In this document: positions 18,958 to 27,827 of the stretch, one piece after another
How positions within the stretch are numbered: the stretch's first letter is position 1
Layout of the letters: each line of letters begins with the position of its first letter
Origin: Candidatus Woesearchaeota archaeon
Lineage (GTDB): Archaea > Nanobdellota > Nanobdellia > SCGC-AAA011-G17 > UBA489
Length of the DNA: 64,000 nucleotides
NCBI GenBank assembly: GCA_018302985.1
Contig: JAGVZA010000014.1
Location: forward strand, 7,184 to 71,183
Direction: 5' to 3'
The notes under the pieces: generated by a model
The model's database searches: none
Seen by the model: the letters and a program-made list of their open reading frames with translations, nothing else
Told to the model about the DNA's origin: nothing
Program-made: the position numbers and the translations under genes

Positions 18958-20784
18958 CTACTCTAAGCCGACTTCAGACCACAAAGTCCAGTCTTTGGAA
19001 GGAACCATGTCTCCAACTAAGAAGCCGGGTGATTGAGGTACACTACCGAAGTAAGATCTTTCAATGTCGCTCCAGCGTGCATACTGGTTATCAACTCTAT
19101 AAACTGGAGAATTAAGTACATTCATAGCGCCAGTCCAGGAAGTATGATGAAATCCTTCTTTTTGTCCGCCAACTTCCGCGATATATTTTCCTGTATAACC
19201 AGATTTTTCTAATTTCTGTACAAATTCTTCTATAGGAACATTACCTTCACCAGGAGACAAGTGTTCATCATGGTACCCGAAGTTGTCATGAATATGCACA
19301 TTACCAATAATGTTATTTTTTGATAATTCGCTAAACTGCTTGCTCATCCATTCTTTGAACTGTTCATCACTGCCTGTGAAATATTTCTTCCAGAAGTTTA
19401 AGTGGCCAACATCAAAAGTACCTTGAATATGATCTTCTGCAATTTTTCTCGCTTCTGCTTGCTTCATGCCTCTTTGTTCAACAAGGCGTTTGGCCATTTC
19501 TTCTCGTGATTGTTGAATAATTTCTTTATACTCTTTTGGATGGCTACCATAACTTTCAGGACTCCAATTTTCAGGAGAAATGAATAAGGGTCTTTCCAAG
19601 TGCTGTTGCTTCTCTAGGTCATAGGCATGCAGGGCAGATCTCGCCAAACTATCTTTGATTTCGTCTAGAACATATTCTTGTGCAGGCTTCAATTCTTCTG
19701 TTTGTTGCTTGAGTTGATAGAGTTCACGATCACGGGAGGTGGCAATCTCTTTATGAGCTAAATAATTTTTTTCTCGTTCTTCTTTTAAGCGTTGGAGAAA
19801 ATTTTCAGGTTTTTCTAGATATTCTTTAACTTCCTCTTCTTCATAGAGTTTACCTCTTTCTTGTCCAGGCAGCATACCTCTCTCTTGCAATTCTTTTCTC
19901 AGCATCTTTCGCGCAAAATCTACATTTTGTCCTTTTTTTTGTATCTCTTCAAACTCTTCTGTCATTTCTTTAAGTTTTTCAAATTGTTTTCTTTCTTCTT
20001 TTGCTAGAATCCAGAATCTATCGCGCTCTCCCCTCATGAGTTCTTCTTGGTGTTTAGTATACGAGCCATAAACATTTGCTAGTTTGACAGGTTCATTAGC
20101 TTCTTTTGCTCTTTTCTGTTCGTCTTCCAAAAGATCTTTAAAAGTTCTAGTTGTTCTATCAAGCTCACCCTTTTCATTAACAAAAGAGTGAATAAAAGAG
20201 TGGTCTAAAGGAATATTAATTAGTTGTCCAGTTTTTTCATTTACTAGTTGAATAGGCATTCTCTCTTTTTCTTTGGAGTACATCAGGAATTTGTCATCTG
20301 CTTCAACAAGTGCTCTAGGTAGTTCTCCATGTCTGGAACCAATATGCACTACTACTGCGCCACCGCCAGCTGCTTCCGCACCAAATTCTGTCGCTCTTCT
20401 TATCTCATGCATGGATTGTTCTTTCTGTTCTCTGCTAAAGCCTTGGCCTGTGAATCCGGAGAGTGGTCCTAAATCTGGAGCTGCATGCGTTGATATTTCC
20501 ACTTCGTTAAGCCTTGCCAATTGGCGCATTTCTTCTCTTTCATTATGTCCATAACTTTCTGGAGTTCCACCTTGTCCCCGTTGACCTTTGCCTGTACCAA
20601 AAAATGCTAACTCAACACTTTTAGCGCCGCGAAAAATATTAACTTTTAATCCTTCATCAACTTGACCACCATGAGAAATACCTAATTTTAAAGGGTCTAA
20701 AGAAAAGTCACCTTCCTTAATAGGTCTTCTATCCAGCGAATGCCAATAGTTGCTAGTTTCCATCTCTTTTCCTCTTTCCTCCAC
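18958..20784 (-). CDS. Xylose isomerase/AP endonuclease 2-like TIM-barrel protein with large coiled-coil insert
   Basis: STHAAP, VVVHIG, ISPENW, TFDVGH, VHIHDN...DEHL.PGEG, IAE metal ligands; Glu/Lys-rich central insert. Confidence 0.75.
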   Translation of the reverse strand: MEERGKEMETSNYWHSLDRRPIKEGDFSLDPLKLGISHGGQVDEGLKVNIFRGAKSVELAFFGTGKGQRGQGGTPESYGHNEREEMRQLARLNEVEISTHAAPDLGPLSGFTGQGFSREQKEQSMHEIRRATEFGAEAAGGGAVVVHIGSRHGELPRALVEADDKFLMYSKEKERMPIQLVNEKTGQLINIPLDHSFIHSFVNEKGELDRTTRTFKDLLEDEQKRAKEANEPVKLANVYGSYTKHQEELMRGERDRFWILAKEERKQFEKLKEMTEEFEEIQKKGQNVDFARKMLRKELQERGMLPGQERGKLYEEEEVKEYLEKPENFLQRLKEEREKNYLAHKEIATSRDRELYQLKQQTEELKPAQEYVLDEIKDSLARSALHAYDLEKQQHLERPLFISPENWSPESYGSHPKEYKEIIQQSREEMAKRLVEQRGMKQAEARKIAEDHIQGTFDVGHLNFWKKYFTGSDEQFKEWMSKQFSELSKNNIIGNVHIHDNFGYHDEHLSPGEGNVPIEEFVQKLEKSGYTGKYIAEVGGQKEGFHHTSWTGAMNVLNSPVYRVDNQYARWSDIERSYFGSVPQSPGFLVGDMVPSKDWTLWSEVGLE

Positions 20785-20829
20785 TAATCTTTCAGTCTTT
20801 TATAGTTTTCTATGAGAAATAATGGGTAG

Positions 20830-21210
20830 TTATTGATCTAATAAACCTTTAAGCTTGTCTATTGACTTTTTTCCTTCTCGATATTCTTCATAGCGTTTCT
20901 TAGCATCTTCTTCTGTGCGTTCTTTAAGCATATTATACTCTCTTCGCATTTTTTCATGGTCACTTGTTGAAGAATTTACTCCAATGAATTCAACTAATAC
21001 TAAGGGAGGGTAGCGATAATGTTCAACGTCTATTACTTGTATCATAACTCCAGTTTCATTCGTAAGAAGAGTATATTGTCGGAATAACACTTCATAAGAA
21101 TCGCCCAATATTCTTTTTATTGTGATAGTTTTACCTTCTATAGTGCAATCTCTAGAAGAAGCAGAACTTATTTTACTCAACAATCTTTCCAAAGATATAT
21201 CTTGTGTCAT
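20830..21210 (-). CDS. Hypothetical protein
   Basis: 126-aa ATG-started ORF. Confidence 0.6.
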   Translation of the reverse strand: MTQDISLERLLSKISSASSRDCTIEGKTITIKRILGDSYEVLFRQYTLLTNETGVMIQVIDVEHYRYPPLVLVEFIGVNSSTSDHEKMRREYNMLKERTEEDAKKRYEEYREGKKSIDKLKGLLDQ

Positions 21211-21279
21211 ATATTTTTTAGTATAAACATATCTATTTATAGTTTTCTATCAGCCAAAAACGTTTTAAAGAACACTAAA

Positions 21280-21612
21280 ATGCTCAAACATATGCAAATG
21301 GAAAGATTTGACGTTACAGATTTGTTTACAGATGAATGTACTCCGGCAAGACTATGTCTGATAGATTTAGCGGATGCTATCTTCTTTACTCAAGACAAGG
21401 CATGGAGAGAAGCACATACACAAGCAGTAAGAGAAATATTTCAAGATGCAGTAAGAGTCTTGGAAGTCAATTATGAAACGCAAAGAATTTATGCAGTGGT
21501 TGATACTCCTAGGGGAGTTGCTATAGCTGAGGTCTGTACTCTCCCTATGACTCATGTTTGTTTTGAAAGACAACAACCAGTATTCTTTCCAAGAAGTGGT
21601 AAATATAATTAA
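21280..21612 (+). CDS. Hypothetical protein
   Basis: ATG 21280 in the 21202-21612 frame. Confidence 0.55.
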   Translation: MLKHMQMERFDVTDLFTDECTPARLCLIDLADAIFFTQDKAWREAHTQAVREIFQDAVRVLEVNYETQRIYAVVDTPRGVAIAEVCTLPMTHVCFERQQPVFFPRSGKYN

Positions 21613-21623
21613 AAGAAAAAAAG

Positions 21624-21745
21624 TAGCGCGGGGTGGATTTGAACCACCGACCTCTACCCAAGTTTTTTTAGAACTTTTCGGGTGTCTCTAGTCCAGTTAG
21701 GATCTATATGAGCCCGACGGACACTCCTGACTGTCCTACCGCGCT
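21624..21745 (-). tRNA. Initiator tRNA-Met(CAU) with two introns (37/38 and 43/44)
   Basis: Minus strand folds to a 75-nt cloverleaf (AGCGCGG/CCGCGCT, A1-U72, TCGGG/CCCGA, CAT, GGTTCAAATCC) after removing 21684-21706 and 21654-21677. Confidence 0.9.
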
Positions 21746-21767
21746 AAGCAGAGTGAGTTTAGTATCG

Positions 21768-21780
21768 TTTTTAAAGGTTT
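21768..21780 (-). promoter_or_regulatory. BRE/TATA-like promoter of tRNA-iMet
   Basis: Minus strand AAACC-TTTAAAAA about 23 nt upstream of the tRNA 5' end. Confidence 0.55.
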
Positions 21781-21817
21781 CCCAAAGAGATTTAAAGGGT
21801 TCTAGTATTTTCTGAAT

Positions 21818-22171
21818 ATGGGAATCCAAGTTGAATTTAATCCAGACCTTGCATTAAGAGACATGGAGGAGCATCGTCAGGGAAGAAGATCCATAGAAGA
21901 ATGTATCCCGGAGAATATACAAGAAGAGGGAGCATATCCATTTCTCAAAAAAGGTCAAAGAAACTATTGGATGTTGGGTGAAATACCTCTTGTAAGAACA
22001 GATGGGATCGGAAATTTATCTCGTCCTTTAGCCAGCATTGTAATTCTAGAAGCTACACATTTTAGTAGAGATGGAGAAATGTACACAAGAGGAAGATATC
22101 TTGTGAAAGACGTTTTTGACCCGAACGACAAAAAAGTACAGTTTGAAGGTTTTGAGCGGCGCGACTATTAG
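21818..22171 (+). CDS. Conserved-looking hypothetical protein
   Basis: MGIQVEFNPDLALR...LKKGQRNYW...EIPLV; clean ORF between two tRNAs. Confidence 0.7.
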   Translation: MGIQVEFNPDLALRDMEEHRQGRRSIEECIPENIQEEGAYPFLKKGQRNYWMLGEIPLVRTDGIGNLSRPLASIVILEATHFSRDGEMYTRGRYLVKDVFDPNDKKVQFEGFERRDY

Positions 22172-22192
22172 TTACTCTTAAGAAAAAACAAG

Positions 22193-22290
22193 CGCCCAGG
22201 GCAGGATTTGAACCTGCACATCCTTACGGACACAGGATCTTTACAGAGACTATAGCAATCCTGCGCAATACCAGGTTATGCGACCTGGGC
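22193..22290 (-). tRNA. tRNA-Ser(GCU) with 14-nt canonical intron
   Basis: GCCCAGG/CCTGGGC acceptor, CAGGA/TCCTG stem, GCT anticodon, long variable arm, G73; intron 22239-22252 in a BHB (TTGC/GTAA). Confidence 0.92.
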
Positions 22291-22745
22291 ATAGAAGAAA
22301 CGCTTTCTCAGGTCTAGTAATAGGGTATGCTCTAACTTTCTTGGCGAAAGAAGAAATCAAGCCAGGTCAGAAATATTTCATGTGGTTAGAACGACTTTTC
22401 AGGTTAACCATTATTCTAGTTTTACTGTGGAGTATAGGAACAGCAAAAGCTATGATCCTTCCTTTTATTTTAGGTATTATTATTGGTTTTTTCCTCAAGT
22501 TACGGTATCTGTATTTAGGAATAGGTCTTGCAGCAGCTAGTGCTTTGTCTCTAGAACTGTTTGTGCTTATTGCAGCGCTTATCTTGGTCTACGGTCTTCC
22601 TTATGGAAGTATATCTTCAAAACTCAAATTGCCTTTGCATGCTGTTTTCTTTTTTATTCCTGTGCTCATTATGCTTTTTTTTAGTCCAAACAACACAGCT
22701 AGTCTTTTGGCTTTTGTTGCTGGCGCTTTAGTTTTGCAGAACTAG
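22278..22745 (+). CDS. Polytopic membrane protein (start uncertain)
   Basis: Five to six hydrophobic helices; the only upstream ATG lies inside the tRNA-Ser 5' end. Confidence 0.6.
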   Translation: MRPGHRRNAFSGLVIGYALTFLAKEEIKPGQKYFMWLERLFRLTIILVLLWSIGTAKAMILPFILGIIIGFFLKLRYLYLGIGLAAASALSLELFVLIAALILVYGLPYGSISSKLKLPLHAVFFFIPVLIMLFFSPNNTASLLAFVAGALVLQN

Positions 22746-22791
22746 AAAATATATAGGAAAATTAATATAGTCTTACTCAAGACCTTCTAAT

Positions 22792-23223
22792 ATGTTTCGA
22801 AGAGTAGCACTCATTATATTTTATGACAAACAGGGAAGAATATTATTGCAAAATAGAAAAGAAATCAGTAAATATGGAGAAGAGTGGGGATATTTTGGTG
22901 GAGGCATAGAAGAAGGAGAAACACCAGAAGAAGCACTAATCAGAGAAACAAAGGAAGAATTAAATTTTGATCTCAAGAAATATACTTTTATAGGTATAAT
23001 AAAAACAGAAGATCAAAGAGGAATAATTGAAAGACACGTATTTATCTCGCCTTTACCAAATATGAAATTATTTGATCAAAGAGAAGGTAAGAGTATGCAA
23101 TTATTCTCTCTGGATGAAGCTAAGAAAGTAAAAAGTGTATTTGGTGATGACCAAGTAATCAAGAAGTTAGAGCAAATGGAATTTCCACCGCCAAAACCTT
23201 TTAAACCGCTTACATCTTTCTAA
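22792..23223 (+). CDS. NUDIX hydrolase
   Basis: GGGIEEGETPEEALIRETKEE Nudix box. Confidence 0.92.
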   Translation: MFRRVALIIFYDKQGRILLQNRKEISKYGEEWGYFGGGIEEGETPEEALIRETKEELNFDLKKYTFIGIIKTEDQRGIIERHVFISPLPNMKLFDQREGKSMQLFSLDEAKKVKSVFGDDQVIKKLEQMEFPPPKPFKPLTSF

Positions 23224-23228
23224 AAGCT

Positions 23229-24722
23229 ATGAAAAAGCCAGTATACACTATTCTAGACTGTTACACTGACGAGCCAGCAGGACTTGGTGTTCCACCCTAT
23301 TTAGGCACTTATCCTAGATATCTCGCTGGTAAATTACATCCAGAGCAAGTCAACTACATAACTATTGATGACTTACGCTTAGTCAAGAATTATCACAATC
23401 GCAAACCACAAAATGAAATTGTCACCAACATCAAAATATATAACACAACTAATCAAGATATTCCAGATATTTTAGCAAATACAACACACTTAGTAGTTAT
23501 TCTCGGTATCCAAACGCCTGGTAAATATCTCTCAGCTGTTCCTGGAAGTATGAAAGAAGTAGTCTCGTTAATTACTGATCTCCACTGTAAAAAGATTCTC
23601 ACAGGTCCTGGTATTTTCGGCACACAATTGATCGGAGGTCGTAAAGCAGAATCAGTTCCTGACGGAATATTTGATGAAATTTGGAATGCACACTTCAACT
23701 TCAAAGAAATTAAAGACTATGCTCTCAAAGGTGCTTATATTGTCAAAACTATTCCGCAAAAACGTATTATAGAAATTGAAACTGGACGGGGATGTACCTT
23801 TGGCAAATGTTCCTTTTGTACTGAACCTATAAAAAATAAAGTAGAGTTCAGAGATCAAGAAGACGTAGTAGAAGAAGTAAAACTCTTGCATTCTTATGGC
23901 TGTGAATTTTTTCGTCTAGGAAAAGCAACTTGTAGTCTAAGCTATAAACATGGAGACGTTAAAGAGTTAGAAAAGTTATTCAAGCCCTTGTCAGAATTAA
24001 ACTTGAAAGTCCTGCATATCGATAATGTCAATCCTGTCTACGTCAACGAAGAAAGAACAAAATTAATCGTAAAATATTGTACAGAAGGAAATATTGCAGC
24101 ATTTGGTGTGGAATCATTCGATAAAAATGTTGTCAAAGAAAATACGCTTAATTGCACGCCTGAAAACGCGTATCGCGCCATAAAAATCTTAAATGAATTC
24201 GGATCGCAACGTGGTCCAAGTGGTATGCCTTATTTTTTACCAGGTATTAATATTATTCTCGGCTTGAAAGGAGAAACCAAGGAAACTCTCCAGGAAAATT
24301 ACAAATGGTTAAAGAAAATCTACGATGATGGATTAATGATGAGAAGAATCAACATTAGACAAGTAACTATCTTCGAAGGAACAAAAATGAATGAAGTAGG
24401 CTACAAATATTTCAAAAAAAATAAAAGATTATATTTCTCCTTCAGAAAGAAAATTCGTGAGGAAATTGATCTGCCTATGTTACAGCGTGTTATCCCCTTA
24501 GGAACTGTCTTAAACGATGTCTACACAGAAACCCATCAAGGCAATGTAACCTTTGCTCGTCAATATGGAACCTATCCTATTATTATTGGCATGAAAGGTC
24601 GTTTCCCTCTAGGTGAAAAAATAAGTGTTAAAGTGACTGGGCACATGCTGCGCTCTATTACTGGAGAACCAATAGCTCCTCTACAAACTATTCCTATGCA
24701 TGAAGGAAAGAGAATAAAATAA
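23229..24722 (+). CDS. Archaeal radical SAM protein with C-terminal TRAM-like domain (COG1031-like)
   Basis: DCYTDEPAGLGVPPY; EIETGRGCTFGKCSFC (CX4CX2C); FARQYGTYP; terminal beta-rich domain. Confidence 0.8.
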   Translation: MKKPVYTILDCYTDEPAGLGVPPYLGTYPRYLAGKLHPEQVNYITIDDLRLVKNYHNRKPQNEIVTNIKIYNTTNQDIPDILANTTHLVVILGIQTPGKYLSAVPGSMKEVVSLITDLHCKKILTGPGIFGTQLIGGRKAESVPDGIFDEIWNAHFNFKEIKDYALKGAYIVKTIPQKRIIEIETGRGCTFGKCSFCTEPIKNKVEFRDQEDVVEEVKLLHSYGCEFFRLGKATCSLSYKHGDVKELEKLFKPLSELNLKVLHIDNVNPVYVNEERTKLIVKYCTEGNIAAFGVESFDKNVVKENTLNCTPENAYRAIKILNEFGSQRGPSGMPYFLPGINIILGLKGETKETLQENYKWLKKIYDDGLMMRRINIRQVTIFEGTKMNEVGYKYFKKNKRLYFSFRKKIREEIDLPMLQRVIPLGTVLNDVYTETHQGNVTFARQYGTYPIIIGMKGRFPLGEKISVKVTGHMLRSITGEPIAPLQTIPMHEGKRIK

Positions 24723-24738
24723 TAAACTGTTTGCTGTG

Positions 24739-25512
24739 TTAATAAGGATTTTTCCAGAAATAATTAAAATATTTCATAAAACTCTGCTTGATCTTATCAG
24801 ACTCTAAAATAAAGGCAAAAGATTGCTGGCTCCATAATACTTGTGCAACTTTATTGCCAAAAATAATAATGACCATGGGAACATACATGTCTTTTGGAAG
24901 AGTACAATATTTGTAGTAAGCTTGTTTATGTTTTTTGATGTTAGTAGGCTCAAACCCTTTCAAAGAAGAACCATAGCTGACTAAATCATGCATGACATGT
25001 TTATTTTCTATTCTTCGAGTCATCCAATGTTCAAACCAAATTTGTAGATTTTGAGGAACTGCTTGATAGCCTTCGAAGCTATTGCCTCCAAGCCAGAAAG
25101 ATTCTTTATAATCTAGGATTTCTTCAAACAAAGATTTAATCGCTTCATTCCCTCGAAAAACTTCTGCCTTAATATCTGGTTTCGAAAGTTCAAAGAGGTT
25201 TTTAATACTAGGAATTTGTTCTTCCAGATCTTTTAATTTTCTCTCCCTTTCTTTGATCTCTTGCAGAAGCTTATTAGGATGTGTACATTGATAGGTTCTT
25301 TTTCCTTTTTCAACAGTATAAGAAATCAATCCTGCTTCTATGAGTTTGTTTAAGATATCATAAATATTTCTTCTTTCTATACCTGTTTTTTCTTGGATCT
25401 TGTTGAGAGTAGAAATACCTAAGTCTAGAACAGCAGCATAAACCTGGATTTGTCCGCTACTGAGTCCCAATTCTTTGAGATTGTCTAGATTCATGGTATT
25501 GTACAACACCAT
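24739..25512 (-). CDS. TrmB family transcriptional regulator
   Basis: LGLSSGQIQVYAAVLDLG...RRNIYDILNKLIEAGLI HTH. Confidence 0.88.
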   Translation of the reverse strand: MVLYNTMNLDNLKELGLSSGQIQVYAAVLDLGISTLNKIQEKTGIERRNIYDILNKLIEAGLISYTVEKGKRTYQCTHPNKLLQEIKERERKLKDLEEQIPSIKNLFELSKPDIKAEVFRGNEAIKSLFEEILDYKESFWLGGNSFEGYQAVPQNLQIWFEHWMTRRIENKHVMHDLVSYGSSLKGFEPTNIKKHKQAYYKYCTLPKDMYVPMVIIIFGNKVAQVLWSQQSFAFILESDKIKQSFMKYFNYFWKNPY

Positions 25513-25583
25513 AAATATTTAAAGCTATCTTTTGATAGTATACTACTAACAAGTAATAATAAAAACAACAAAGGAGACAAACA

Positions 25584-25898
25584 ATGACACAAACAAAAAA
25601 TTTAGCATCTTTGGTTTTAGTAGGAGCAATGACCTTGGCAGGATGTGATAAGATGGAGAATAGTAACCCCTCAAAAAATTATTCTAGTATGACCTTGTTC
25701 ATTACAACTGCAAAGGAAGTAATTATAGAACCTCATTATGGTCTAGATTCAATGATTATGGACGGAATTATTGTTACGAGATTTGCTTCTGGTAATGGAT
25801 TAAATGTGCCTAATATAAAAGAATCAACTGTCTATACTAAAGGCTCTCCAGAATATGCATCTTTGCGTCCTTTACTAACTGTAACAAAGGAGTATTAA
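25584..25898 (+). CDS. Putative lipoprotein
   Basis: Signal peptide ending TLAGC. Confidence 0.6.
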   Translation: MTQTKNLASLVLVGAMTLAGCDKMENSNPSKNYSSMTLFITTAKEVIIEPHYGLDSMIMDGIIVTRFASGNGLNVPNIKESTVYTKGSPEYASLRPLLTVTKEY

Positions 25899-25900
25899 AA

Positions 25901-26203
25901 ATGATACAAAAACAAATTGAAATGTTAGTAACTAATGGTCAAGGATTTTACAAACCATCAAATAAAGCTGAATTTAGAACTGTAGCAGGTGAAAAGGCAT
26001 CTTTAGATATGCAATTATTTGGTATGGAATTGCAAAGACATTCTCCATCAGCAGATACTGAGTATATGACTGAGTTTAAGAAAAGCACAAAATATAGGTT
26101 GTATACAGCTATGAAGGAATTTGTTGATAGGATTACTGCTCACCAAGAAAAGGAAAAGCTTTGGGCAAAGCAATATGAAAAAACACTAAGAAGAATGAAC
26201 TAA
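25901..26203 (+). CDS. Hypothetical protein
   Basis: 100-aa ORF 2 nt after the previous stop. Confidence 0.6.
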   Translation: MIQKQIEMLVTNGQGFYKPSNKAEFRTVAGEKASLDMQLFGMELQRHSPSADTEYMTEFKKSTKYRLYTAMKEFVDRITAHQEKEKLWAKQYEKTLRRMN

Positions 26204-26266
26204 TTTTTAATGATCCTAAGGATAAAACCCACATATTTAAATAACATTAGAGCAAAAGGAAAGTCT

Positions 26267-26989
26267 ATGACTCTCTACCTAATTGGTCTAGGTCTCCACG
26301 ATGAACGAGACATCACTCTCAAAGGCTTAGATGCCATCAAAGCATGCAAAAAAGTCTACTTTGAAACTTACACTTCTAAATTGAATACAGCACAGCATAA
26401 TATGGAAAAACTCTATGGAAAAAAGATAACTGCTATTCCTAGATCATTTGTAGAGGAAGACGCTGATAAATTGTTAAAAGAAGCAAAGAAAGAAGATGTA
26501 GCTGTCTTAATTGTCGGTGCTCCTTTAGCTGCAACTACCCATATTGATTTATTCTTAGAAGCAAAGAAACAAAAGATCCCTGTAGAAGTCATTGAAAATA
26601 GTTCAGTCTTAACTGCAATAGGTATCACAGGATTATTTTTATATAAGTTTGGGAGAACAACAACCATCCCACTCAATAATGAAAAAATTACTAGTCCTTA
26701 TGATATAGTTATGGCAAATCAAAAAAATAAAATCCACACTTTATGTTTATTAGATATTCAAGAAACAAGTATGATGACTGCGCGTGAAGGTTTAGACTAT
26801 CTAATTAAACAAGGATTAAAAAAAGAGACTCTTGTTGTTGCCTGTGGTGCGCTTGGTGCTCCTGATCCAGAAATAAAAGCAGGCAAAGCAAAAGATCTTG
26901 TTATCAAACGTTTCCCACAATGCATTATTGTTCCAGCAGATCTCCATTTTAAGGAAGAAGAAGCTTTAGAAGCTTGGAAAGAGAAGTAA
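26267..26989 (+). CDS. dph5: Diphthine synthase
   Basis: LYLIGLGL, YFETYTS, ATTH, LFLYKFGRTTTIP, HTLCLLDI, PQCIIVPADLHFKEEEAL. Confidence 0.95.
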   Translation: MTLYLIGLGLHDERDITLKGLDAIKACKKVYFETYTSKLNTAQHNMEKLYGKKITAIPRSFVEEDADKLLKEAKKEDVAVLIVGAPLAATTHIDLFLEAKKQKIPVEVIENSSVLTAIGITGLFLYKFGRTTTIPLNNEKITSPYDIVMANQKNKIHTLCLLDIQETSMMTAREGLDYLIKQGLKKETLVVACGALGAPDPEIKAGKAKDLVIKRFPQCIIVPADLHFKEEEALEAWKEK

Positions 26990-26995
26990 ACTCTA

Positions 26996-27241
26996 ATGAA
27001 AAAAATAATTCAAGTAACAGTCAAAACAAACACTCCAGAGACTAAAATAACAAAGCAAGAAGGAGATAAATGGAGAATGGATGTGCATGCGCAACCAGAA
27101 AATAATAAGGCAAATTTAGAGATTATCAAGTTTTTATCAAAAACATATAAAGCAAACGTCACTATTACTTGCGGTCTGAGATCTAAGGAAAAGACTATTT
27201 TGATTCTAAATGCTAAAAAAGATCCAGATCAAAATGTTTAA
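26996..27241 (+). CDS. DUF167/YggU family protein
   Basis: VTVKTN...V.AQPENNKAN.EIIKFLSK...V.I..G..SKEK. Confidence 0.85.
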   Translation: MKKIIQVTVKTNTPETKITKQEGDKWRMDVHAQPENNKANLEIIKFLSKTYKANVTITCGLRSKEKTILILNAKKDPDQNV

Positions 27242-27317
27242 ATCTAAAGGTTGATCAAATTGAATTTTCGCGATGTCCATATAGAAGAACCTCCATTAAT
27301 TCTATAGCTTTCCAGTT

Positions 27318-27827
27318 TTAAGATGCTTTCTGATGGCCAAAGTCAAACAAAGGCACAATAGAATCTTCTAGCACATCACCAGTCTTTGCATCTATGCGTA
27401 CGTTCACCAGTTTAAAGCTGTTCGTCAAGAAGCTAATGTTCCACAAAGTTCTAGTAATAGTTTGTAACAACACTATAGTCTTAGAAGGCTTTTCAGTCTT
27501 GTATTTTTCTTTTTGTAATTCTTGGGCAACATGCAATGCTTTTTTGATGTCTATAGCCACAGTTTTCAAATCCAATGCTTGTACAGAATCCTCTGGTTTC
27601 TTGAACACAGCAGAGTCTTTCGTTGCTAATTTCACCTTATCATCTACAACAAAGGAAGTAATGCTATCGCCTTTAGGATAATAAAAGTCCAGTTGCCACC
27701 AATCCACATCCTGTCCCTCTATGATTTTGAAAAAACTAGACAAGTAAGCAGCAGGATGATCTGCTAGCCACGCTTTGAAGGTAGGAGAGTCTTGGACATG
27801 TTCTAAAGTTTTCTGTAAATTATGCAT
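27318..27827 (-). CDS. Hypothetical protein with C-terminal PepSY-like segment
   Basis: LWNISF...VRIDAKTGDVL; overlaps thrS stop. Confidence 0.65.
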   Translation of the reverse strand: MHNLQKTLEHVQDSPTFKAWLADHPAAYLSSFFKIIEGQDVDWWQLDFYYPKGDSITSFVVDDKVKLATKDSAVFKKPEDSVQALDLKTVAIDIKKALHVAQELQKEKYKTEKPSKTIVLLQTITRTLWNISFLTNSFKLVNVRIDAKTGDVLEDSIVPLFDFGHQKAS

